From NCBI GenBank assembly GCA_050122215.1, contig JASFJH010000001.1, positions 1 through 24,231 on the forward strand: DNA of 24,231 nt, read 5' to 3'. This DNA comes from Granulosicoccaceae bacterium. GTDB taxonomy: Bacteria; Pseudomonadota; Gammaproteobacteria; AKS1. This document shows, piece after piece, positions 17,271 to 24,231 of this stretch. The notes below the pieces were generated by a model that was given only the letters and a program-made list of their open reading frames with translations, was not told the origin of the DNA and made no database searches. Position numbers and translations under genes: made by a program. Each line of letters starts with the position of its first letter. Position 1 is the first letter of the stretch.

Positions 17271-18242
17271 TCAGGCATCTTCTTCAATCGTTACTGTAAA
17301 CCGGGCCAGCTTGCCGCGAATATGCTGGCTGAAGTCATACTCCTGGCCGTCCACTTCCATATACGCGCCGGTGGCATTGCCTAAAAACACCTCGAAAGGC
17401 GCAGTGCCCCGCTTCACAAGCGTCTGCCCGGCGGGGACCAGATCATAAACGAGATGGCGACCATCCGCATCGGTGATTTCCACCCAGCAATCCTCATCGG
17501 CACGCAGTACCAGCCGGTGCGAAGGCTCAGCCTGCGCGGCATCTGCAACAGTTTCACTGCCCGTTGCCTGTTGCTCCGGCAGCGGGGCCGGCCCGATCAC
17601 GGCATTGGCAACAGTTTCGTCGCCGGTTGCCTTTTGCGCCGCCGGCGTGGCCGGGTCGGTCACGGTATCAGCAATCGTTTCGCTCGCCGGTAAAGCCGGC
17701 AAGGCCGGGCGCTCCTCGAGCGGCAATTCCGGGCTGGCCGTCGGCTCCGGCAGGACAGCCTGCTCAGCGGCCAGTCCGCCAGCGGTTGTCACAGCCTCAT
17801 TCGTGATACTGTCGTTCAGGCTGACGTCGGTGAGCCAATCAAAGTCCTGGTTTTGCAGCCAGGACACAAACCCGGCCAACACGGCACCGAATACGAGCAC
17901 TCCCACCCAGCGCACAATCCGGCGCGACTGTCCCCGGTCATAGGGCTGTACAATCTCCGAGACAACCACCGGTGCTTCAACCTGTAATTGCGCATAGGCC
18001 TCGAGCAGGGGCTCAACCGGGATGTCGACAAGACGCGCATAATTGCGCAAGTAGCCATTGACATAAATCGGCGCTGGCAAAACCCCGGTGTTATCGGCTT
18101 CCAGCGCAGCAATAATTTCCGGTTTCAGGCGCAAGGCCGTGGCAACATCAACGCGCGAAAGTTTCAGTGCCGTGCGCGCCTCACGCAATTGGCGGCCCGG
18201 TCCTTCAGGCAGGAGCGATTCCTGTATAGCCACGCCGTTCAT
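17271..18242 (-). CDS. rodZ: Cytoskeleton/cell-shape protein RodZ
   Basis: N-terminal HTH (GRQLREAR...GYLRNYARLV), a single TM, an Ala/Pro/Glu-rich linker and a C-terminal domain (CWVEITDADG...LGNA); lies between pilW and ispG. Confidence 0.93.
   Translation of the reverse strand: MNGVAIQESLLPEGPGRQLREARTALKLSRVDVATALRLKPEIIAALEADNTGVLPAPIYVNGYLRNYARLVDIPVEPLLEAYAQLQVEAPVVVSEIVQPYDRGQSRRIVRWVGVLVFGAVLAGFVSWLQNQDFDWLTDVSLNDSITNEAVTTAGGLAAEQAVLPEPTASPELPLEERPALPALPASETIADTVTDPATPAAQKATGDETVANAVIGPAPLPEQQATGSETVADAAQAEPSHRLVLRADEDCWVEITDADGRHLVYDLVPAGQTLVKRGTAPFEVFLGNATGAYMEVDGQEYDFSQHIRGKLARFTVTIEEDA
17538..17690 (-). repeat. Degenerate in-frame 63-nt (21-aa) tandem repeat, about 2.5 copies, in the RodZ linker
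   Basis: 17538-17574 and 17601-17637 match at 30/37 nt with an offset of 63; a third partial copy starts at 17664. Protein: ETIADTVTDPATPAAQKATGD / ETVANAVIGPAPLPEQQATGS / ETVADAAQAEP. Confidence 0.75.
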
Positions 18243-19036
18243 TTGCTCGTAGTCAGTAATTTCTTGGCCTCATCCGAGTCAGGATAATTTTGTTTCAATA
18301 GCAGACTGTAACTGGCCAGCGCATTCTTGTCGCCCAGTATGCGTTCAATACGAATACCCAGCCACAGCGTTTCTGCCGTGTGCTTGGCCACTTCCAGGTA
18401 ACGTTGCAGGTAAGCACGGGCACGCAGGTAGCTGGCCTGGTCAAAACTGATCTTGGCCATATTGAAGAGCGCCTGCGGCTGTTTCGGGCGTTGCTTCAAT
18501 ACAGAACGAAAATACTGTTCTGCACGTTCAAGCCGCTTGGCTGATTCCGAGTTATACATACACACGCCTGCGTTGAGTAGCGCTACCTGCGGAGAACGAT
18601 ACAGCGGATTCTTCAATGCCAACTGGAAATGCATATCGGCCTGTTCATATTCCTCGTTGCGACACAGGAACACGGCATAGGCATTGTGGGCATCCGAGTA
18701 TTGCGGGTCCAGTGACACGGCACGTTCATAATGGCGACGCGCATGTTCCGGCCTGGTAAGCCGCTCATATAACAGGGCAATGGCGTAATGTGCTTCCGGC
18801 AACGAGTCATCGATCTCCAGGGCCTTGCGCAGCTTGTTCAGGGCAAATTCATAGTTGCCCTGCCTCATGTAACCCACGCCAAGTTGCACATTGGTCCTGG
18901 CCAGTTTATCCCCTTCCGGACGCAGGGTGACATCGCCTTCGCCATCAATCGTCGTCCCGCTGCCGGTCGTACTGCATGCCAGCATCAGCGACGACAGAAC
19001 GATTAGACCACACATATAAAGGAGTTTTTTTATCAT
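18239..19036 (-). CDS. pilW: Type IV pilus biogenesis/stability TPR lipoprotein PilW (PilF)
   Basis: Lipobox LMLAC, TPR repeats (LGVGYM..GNY..A, AHNAYAVFLC, NPLY..P, NAGVC) and C-terminal LLKQNYPDS; canonical position after rlmN. Confidence 0.93.
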   Translation of the reverse strand: MIKKLLYMCGLIVLSSLMLACSTTGSGTTIDGEGDVTLRPEGDKLARTNVQLGVGYMRQGNYEFALNKLRKALEIDDSLPEAHYAIALLYERLTRPEHARRHYERAVSLDPQYSDAHNAYAVFLCRNEEYEQADMHFQLALKNPLYRSPQVALLNAGVCMYNSESAKRLERAEQYFRSVLKQRPKQPQALFNMAKISFDQASYLRARAYLQRYLEVAKHTAETLWLGIRIERILGDKNALASYSLLLKQNYPDSDEAKKLLTTSK

Positions 19037-19041
19037 TCTGT

Positions 19042-20145
19042 TTATCCTCTTGTACCAGCCACCTGGTGACGTTGAGTTCTTTTTGTTTTGTCATTCACCC
19101 GACCGGCAAGCTGGCCGCAGGCGGCATCGATATCATCACCACGGGTACGGCGGGTAATAGTAACCAGGCCGTTTTGCACCAGTATGTCCCGAAAACGATC
19201 AATGCGTTGCTGTGGCGAGCGTCTGTATTGTGACTGCGGGAACGGGTTAAAAGGGATCAGGTTAACCTTGGAAGGAATACCACGTAACAGTTTGACCAGG
19301 GCACGTGCATGCGCGTCGCTATCATTAATACCATCCAGCATGACGTATTCCCAAGTGATATGGAAACGGTTTTTGCCCTCGATAAAACGACGGCAGGCCG
19401 CCATGAGTTCCTTGATCGGGTACTTGCGGTTAAGCGGTACCAGTTCATCACGCAAGGCATCATCGGGTGCATGCAGGGACACAGCCAGGCTGACATCACT
19501 GGTTTCCCGCAGGCGATCCAGCGCCGGCACAACACCGGCCGTACTCAGGGTGACGCGGCGCTTGGACAGACCGTAGGCATAGTCGTCCATCATGATGTCG
19601 ATGGCGCGCACGACATTGTCGAAATTCAACAACGGCTCACCCATACCCATGAGCACGACATTGGTGATAACACGATCACCTCCGGGCGTTTTACCCAGCG
19701 CATGATCGGCGACGTGTAACTGGCTGATGATCTCGGCTGTAGTCAGGTTGCGGTTAAAACCCTGTTTGCCGGTTGAGCAGAAACGACAATCGAGCGCACA
19801 ACCGATCTGCGACGACACGCAAAGTGTGCCGCGATTACTTTCCGGGATAAACACGGTTTCAATACAGTTACCGGATTCAAGCTGCAGCAACCATTTACGC
19901 GTGCCATCGCCGGATGTCTGATCGACAACCACCTCGGGCAGACGCACCTCGGCCACCTCTGCGAGTTTGCTGCGCAGTGACTTGCTCAGGTTGGTCATGT
20001 CAGCGAAGTCGTACACCGCGTAGCGGTGGATCCATTGCATGACCTGGTCAGCACGAAAAGCCTTCTCCCCCATCCCGGTGAAGAAGGCTTGCATGTCTGC
20101 CCGGTTCAAACCGAGCAGGTTGGTTTTGTTGTGCACTTCCGGCAC
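19042..20145 (-). CDS. rlmN: Dual-specificity RNA methyltransferase RlmN (radical SAM)
   Basis: [15 protein letters not shown] (CxxxCxxC), MGMGEP and [12 protein letters not shown] start with AGGAG 9 nt upstream. Confidence 0.99.
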   Translation of the reverse strand: MPEVHNKTNLLGLNRADMQAFFTGMGEKAFRADQVMQWIHRYAVYDFADMTNLSKSLRSKLAEVAEVRLPEVVVDQTSGDGTRKWLLQLESGNCIETVFIPESNRGTLCVSSQIGCALDCRFCSTGKQGFNRNLTTAEIISQLHVADHALGKTPGGDRVITNVVLMGMGEPLLNFDNVVRAIDIMMDDYAYGLSKRRVTLSTAGVVPALDRLRETSDVSLAVSLHAPDDALRDELVPLNRKYPIKELMAACRRFIEGKNRFHITWEYVMLDGINDSDAHARALVKLLRGIPSKVNLIPFNPFPQSQYRRSPQQRIDRFRDILVQNGLVTITRRTRGDDIDAACGQLAGRVNDKTKRTQRHQVAGTRG

Positions 20146-20192
20146 GCTGCGCTACTCCTGAATGTATTGTCTGCAGCCCCGGATGGTCTGCT

Positions 20193-20621
20193 CTAGCGTG
20201 TCCGTTCGCAGACGCCTTCCGGGAAGAAATATTCAATTTCGATCTTGGCGGTTTCCGGTGCGTCCGAGCCGTGCACGGCATTTTCATCGACGGTCTCGGC
20301 GAAATCGGCGCGAATCGTACCGGCGGCCGCATCCTGCGGGTTGGTCGCGCCCATCAGTTCACGGTTTTTCGCGATCGCGTCTTCACCTTCGAGGACCTGC
20401 ACCATCACCGGGCCAGACACCATGAAATCAACCAGGTCATTGAAAAACGGGCGCTCTTTATGCACGGCATAAAAACCTTCTGCCTGTTCACGGTCCAGCT
20501 GCAGCATTTTCGCCGCGACAATGCGCAAACCCGCCTTTTCGAAACGGCTGTAGATATCGCCAATCACGTTTTTGGCGACCGCATCGGGTTTAATAATAGA
20601 GAGCGTACGTTCAATTGCCAT
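20193..20621 (-). CDS. ndk: Nucleoside-diphosphate kinase
   Basis: [27 protein letters not shown] and NAVHGSD (catalytic His). Start set to ATG 20621 (GGAG upstream) rather than the track start at 20663. Confidence 0.99.
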   Translation of the reverse strand: MAIERTLSIIKPDAVAKNVIGDIYSRFEKAGLRIVAAKMLQLDREQAEGFYAVHKERPFFNDLVDFMVSGPVMVQVLEGEDAIAKNRELMGATNPQDAAAGTIRADFAETVDENAVHGSDAPETAKIEIEYFFPEGVCERTR

Positions 20622-20661
20622 GGTATCGGGAAACTCCAATTGATAATGATAACAATAACAC

Positions 20662-20687
20662 AAAAACCCGCCTAGATTCGCGGGCTT
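20662..20687 (-). terminator. Intrinsic-terminator-like hairpin between iscX and ndk
   Basis: Minus strand AAGCCCGC-GAATCTAG-GCGGGTTT-TTG: a GC-rich stem with one G-U pair followed by a U-rich tract. Confidence 0.55.
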
Positions 20688-20707
20688 ACGAGGAAAAATG
20701 CGGGGCT

Positions 20708-20736
20708 ATTCTAGCCGCGAAGCACGGCGGTAACAA
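20708..20736 (-). promoter_or_regulatory. Putative sigma70 promoter for ndk and downstream genes
   Basis: Minus strand TTGTTA (20736-20731), a 17-nt spacer, then TAGAAT (20713-20708). Confidence 0.6.
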
Positions 20737-20765
20737 TGCCCGGAAGCGTCAATTTCGAGGAATAT

Positions 20766-20966
20766 TCAGTCGCGTTCGTCGATCCAGGCCATCTGGATGG
20801 CTTCGAGGATTTTTTCGCCAGAACGCGCCGGATCGTCATCAAAATCAGACAGTTCGCACACCCACTGGTGCAGGTCGGTAAAGCGAAGGGTCTTCGGGTC
20901 GACGTCCGGGTGCGTCTCGTCGAGTTCAATCGCGATATCGAGGGTATCTGTCCATTTAAGTCCCAT
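20766..20966 (-). CDS. iscX: Fe-S assembly protein IscX (YfhJ)
   Basis: [51 protein letters not shown] lies upstream of ATG 20966. Confidence 0.97.
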   Translation of the reverse strand: MGLKWTDTLDIAIELDETHPDVDPKTLRFTDLHQWVCELSDFDDDPARSGEKILEAIQMAWIDERD

Positions 20967-20984
20967 GTTGCTCACCTCTGCTGA

Positions 20985-21323
20985 TTAATGATTTTCCGAG
21001 ACCATATTAATCGTGTACTTCGGGATCTCGACCACGAGATCGGTGTCACCGACCACGGCCTGGCAGGACAGGCGTGATTCGGGTTCAAGCCCCCAGGCCT
21101 TGTCGAGCATGTCTTCCTCGGTCTCGTCGGCCTCGCTCAGGGAATCGAAACCTTCACGAACGATGACATGACAGGTCGTGCAGGCACAGGATTTCTCACA
21201 GGCATGTTCAATTTCGATGCCGTTTGTCAGTGCCGCATCGATAACCGTGACACCCGGTTCGGCCTCGATCACTGCCCCTTCCGGGCAGATCTCTTCGTGG
21301 GGCAGGAAAATAATCTGGGTCAT
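20985..21323 (-). CDS. fdx: ISC system [2Fe-2S] ferredoxin
   Basis: HACEKSCACTTCH and SRLSCQ. Start at ATG 21323 gives 112 aa. Confidence 0.98.
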   Translation of the reverse strand: MTQIIFLPHEEICPEGAVIEAEPGVTVIDAALTNGIEIEHACEKSCACTTCHVIVREGFDSLSEADETEEDMLDKAWGLEPESRLSCQAVVGDTDLVVEIPKYTINMVSENH

Positions 21324-21324
21324 A

Positions 21325-23202
21325 CTACTTTTCTTCCTCGGTAAATTCGTCCAGGCGGTGGCCACTCAGGGCCTTGTTGATGTTGGCGTTCATGCGGCGC
21401 GCCGCATACTCGGTGGTCACCTTGTCGAGCGCATCGATCGCCTGCTTGATGGCAGTATGCTCGCTGCCATTTCGCGCGGTTTGCAACGCCTGCATGGCAT
21501 CATCAATCACTGCTCGTTCTTCACCTGATAACAGTTGCTCACCATCCTGGGCCAGCGCCGCCTGCAAGGCTTCGAGCACACGGTCGGCTTCCACCTGCTG
21601 CTCGCGAAGGTTACGCGCGGCAACATCTTCCTCGGCATGGGTAAAATTGTCCCGCAACATGCGCTCGATTTCGTTATCGGTCAGGCCATACGATGGTTTG
21701 ACCTGGATACCGCTTTCCACGCCGGTCGTTAGTTCACGGGCAGTCACTTCGAGCAAGCCATCGGCATCGACCTGGAAGGTGACACGGATACGTGCCGCGC
21801 TCGCCACCATCGGCGGAATACCATGCAATTCAAAACGGGCCAGGGAACGGCAATCATCGACGAGTTCGCGCTCGCCCTGCAAGACGTGGATGGCCATCGC
21901 CGTCTGGCCGTCCTTGTAGGTGGTAAATTCCTGGGCCCGGGCCACCGGGATGGTCGTGTTGCGCGGGATGATCTTCTCCACCAGGCCACCCATGGTTTCA
22001 ATGCCCAGCGATAACGGGATCACATCGAGCAGCAACATTTCATCTTCGGGCTTGTTTCCGGCGAGGATATCGGCCTGGATGGCCGCACCAATGGCAACCA
22101 CCTTGTCCGGGTCGATATCGACGAGTGGTTGTTGGCCAAAAAACTCACCGACCCGTTCCCGTACACGCGGCACGCGGGTCGAGCCGCCGACCATGACGAC
22201 GTCCCGTATCTCGTCGGCGGTCACACCCGCATCGCGCAGGGCGCGCCGGCACGGTGCGAGGGTCTTTGCGATCAGCGGGTCAACAAGTTCGTCAAATGTT
22301 GCACGGTCAAGTCGCTGTTCGCAGACGCTGCCATCTGCGAGGGGCAACTCGATATCAATACTGTCCCGGGTAGTCAGCGCCTCTTTAGCATCACGCGCGA
22401 TATGCATGAGCTGGCGATGCATGGCGGCATCGTGCTCGCCGATACCTGCCTTGTCGGCCAGCCAGTGGGCGATGGCGCGATCAAAGTCATCACCGCCGAG
22501 CGCCGAATCACCGGCCGTGGCCATGACCTCGAACACGCCCTTGTTGAGGCGGAGGATAGAAATATCAAAGGTACCGCCACCAAAGTCATACACGGCATGC
22601 ACGCCCTCGGCGGCGCGATCGAGGCCGTAGGCAACGGCCGCGGCGGTCGGCTCATTCAACAGCCGTAAGACATTCAGGCCGGCAAGCTTCGCCGCGTCTT
22701 TCGTCGCCTGGCGCTGGGCATCATCAAAATAGGCCGGCACGGTGATCACCACACCACTGAGCTCATCACCGAGTGCCTCGACTGCACGTTGATTCAGGTT
22801 GCGCAGGATCTCGGCCGAGACCTCGACCGCGCTGACATCACCGCCCGCCGTATGAATGCGTGGTACCGCCGAGTCGTTACTGACAAACTTGTAACGGCTC
22901 TGATCGCGCTCGATGTCCTCGAGGCCTCGTCCCATGAAGCGTTTCACGGAGATAATCGTATTGTGTGGATCGACAGGCGCAGCTTCGCGTGCCTGCTTGC
23001 CCACCTCGACCTCACCGGTGGCATGGTATCGCACCACGGAGGGCAACAGGTGTTCACCTTCACTGTCAGCCAGGGTCACCGCTTCACCACTACGCACCGT
23101 GGCGACGAGTGAATTGGTTGTACCAAGGTCAATACCTGCTGCCAGCCGGTGCTGGTGCGGCGCAGTGGATTGACCGGGTTCGGATATTTGTAACAGTGCC
23201 AT
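21325..23202 (-). CDS. hscA: Fe-S assembly Hsp70 chaperone HscA
   Basis: [41 protein letters not shown] and VGGSTR; located in the isc operon. Start set to ATG 23202. Confidence 0.98.
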   Translation of the reverse strand: MALLQISEPGQSTAPHQHRLAAGIDLGTTNSLVATVRSGEAVTLADSEGEHLLPSVVRYHATGEVEVGKQAREAAPVDPHNTIISVKRFMGRGLEDIERDQSRYKFVSNDSAVPRIHTAGGDVSAVEVSAEILRNLNQRAVEALGDELSGVVITVPAYFDDAQRQATKDAAKLAGLNVLRLLNEPTAAAVAYGLDRAAEGVHAVYDFGGGTFDISILRLNKGVFEVMATAGDSALGGDDFDRAIAHWLADKAGIGEHDAAMHRQLMHIARDAKEALTTRDSIDIELPLADGSVCEQRLDRATFDELVDPLIAKTLAPCRRALRDAGVTADEIRDVVMVGGSTRVPRVRERVGEFFGQQPLVDIDPDKVVAIGAAIQADILAGNKPEDEMLLLDVIPLSLGIETMGGLVEKIIPRNTTIPVARAQEFTTYKDGQTAMAIHVLQGERELVDDCRSLARFELHGIPPMVASAARIRVTFQVDADGLLEVTARELTTGVESGIQVKPSYGLTDNEIERMLRDNFTHAEEDVAARNLREQQVEADRVLEALQAALAQDGEQLLSGEERAVIDDAMQALQTARNGSEHTAIKQAIDALDKVTTEYAARRMNANINKALSGHRLDEFTEEEK

Positions 23203-23238
23203 CGTATTCAGACCATAAAACCGCAAGCAGCGGTTGCT

Positions 23239-23775
23239 TTAAAACATCGATTCTTCAAGCGACCCGGCTTCGGCGAGTAACTTGTCGAGAAACTGCATTT
23301 GCAGTGTCAACTTGTGCGCCTCGGCGAGCTGCCCCTCACCGGCATCCGCAAACAATTCTGCGAGGCGTTTTACCAGTGCCTTGCGCTGTGCGGCAACATC
23401 GTCCATGAAGCCTCCCAGTGCATCGAGGTCACGCCTGTCACCTATTTCTTCCAGTGACTCCCGCAGTTCCATTTGCTGCATGAGAAAGGCTCCATCCATA
23501 ACCGTATTGGACTCATCATTAATCTCAAGCCCATGCAAACCAAGCAGGTATCGCGCCCGCGATAAAGGTGATTTGAGTACCTGGAATGCCTCATTAATCA
23601 GCGCTGCTTGTTGCACTGACAGGCGACGTTCTCGATCAGTCGCATTAGCAAACTTGTCAGGATGGACGCGACGCTGCAGTTCACGATAATGCTCGGTCAG
23701 GACGGCATTATCTACGTCAAAAGAGACAGGTAAATCAAACAAGTCGAAATAGTTGCGACCGGGTTCAGACTGCAT
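23239..23775 (-). CDS. hscB: Fe-S assembly J-domain co-chaperone HscB
   Basis: NYFDLFDLP, HPD motif, INEAFQVLK.PLSRARYLL, D.AFLMQQMELRE. GGAG lies upstream of ATG 23775. Confidence 0.97.
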   Translation of the reverse strand: MQSEPGRNYFDLFDLPVSFDVDNAVLTEHYRELQRRVHPDKFANATDRERRLSVQQAALINEAFQVLKSPLSRARYLLGLHGLEINDESNTVMDGAFLMQQMELRESLEEIGDRRDLDALGGFMDDVAAQRKALVKRLAELFADAGEGQLAEAHKLTLQMQFLDKLLAEAGSLEESMF

Positions 23776-23813
23776 ACTGAAAGCTCCAAGCGCCAATCAA
23801 AAACCGGCAGCAA

Positions 23814-24137
23814 TCACACGGTAAAGCTTTCGCCGCAACCGCACATATCCTTGACATTGGGGTTGTTGAACTGGAAGCCTTCGTTCAGCCCTTCCTTGGC
23901 ATAATCGAGTTCGGTACCGTCAAGGTAAAGCAGACTTTTAGGATCGACGAAGATTTTCACGCCATGCGCCTCGAATACAGTGTCATCCGCGTCCTGTTCA
24001 TCAACAAACTCGATAACATAGGCCATACCTGAACAGCCGGTCGTTTTTACACCAAGCCGCAAACCGATACCGGAACCCCGGTTATCGAGAAAATGCCTGA
24101 CGCGTTCAGCCGCTGTTTCTGTCATGCTGATAGCCAT
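23814..24137 (-). CDS. iscA: Iron-sulfur cluster assembly protein IscA
   Basis: [22 protein letters not shown] and CGCGESF. Confidence 0.98.
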   Translation of the reverse strand: MAISMTETAAERVRHFLDNRGSGIGLRLGVKTTGCSGMAYVIEFVDEQDADDTVFEAHGVKIFVDPKSLLYLDGTELDYAKEGLNEGFQFNNPNVKDMCGCGESFTV

Positions 24138-24165
24138 ATACCCTGCTCCTGGTTAACAAACAGGA

Positions 24166-24231
24166 TTAACTGCCCTGCTTTGACTTGTAATCGTCAATAG
24201 CAGCCTTGATCGCGTCTTCAGCCAGAACGGA
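24166..24231 (-). CDS. iscU: IscU scaffold, C-terminal 21 codons plus stop (truncated by the window edge; not in the ORF track)
   Basis: My translation of the minus strand gives SVLAEDAIKAAIDDYKSKQGS-stop, matching the IscU C-terminal (HC)SVLAEDAIKAA..DYK motif, directly upstream of iscA. Confidence 0.93.
   Translation of the reverse strand, partial: SVLAEDAIKAAIDDYKSKQGS

Noticed and set aside
21823-23112. Plus-strand ORFs antisense to hscA
   Set aside because: Antisense frames of Hsp70 genes are a known source of spurious 'NAD-specific glutamate dehydrogenase' annotations. No independent evidence here.
20622-23796. N-terminal extensions given by the ORF track for ndk, iscX, fdx, hscA and hscB
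   Set aside because: Downstream ATGs match the family N-termini and, for ndk, iscX and hscB, have better SD spacing. The extensions run into neighbouring genes or regulatory DNA.
1-24231. CRISPR arrays, tRNA/rRNA genes, IS elements or prophage genes
   Set aside because: I recognised no regularly spaced repeats, cloverleaf signatures, transposase or integrase motifs. tRNAscan, Infernal and ISEScan runs would be needed for a formal exclusion.

Overview
A high-GC gammaproteobacterial chromosomal segment with two parts. The right half (11537-24231, all minus strand) is the conserved housekeeping array iscU(partial)-iscA-hscB-hscA-fdx-iscX-ndk-rlmN-pilW-rodZ-ispG-hisS-yfgM-bamB-der. The left half is accessory. 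Directly after der lies a tightly packed eukaryotic-like phospho-signalling module: a membrane Hanks-type Ser/Thr kinase (eroded CHASE2-like sensor, 3 TM, TPR-like segment), a PP2C phosphatase and a stand-alone FHA protein with a Thr-rich tail. A cation/proton antiporter follows 30 nt later. Further left are a MacAB-like ABC exporter trio, a PmtA-like lipid N-methyltransferase, and a copper/oxidase-assembly group (PCuAC + Sco, divergent from a DsbD_2/TauE-like membrane protein). The best candidate for an uncharacterised system is the kinase-phosphatase-FHA(-antiporter) module, with no T6SS genes in the window. I recognised no tRNA, rRNA, CRISPR array or transposase. All family calls come from motif recognition by eye; no database searches were run.
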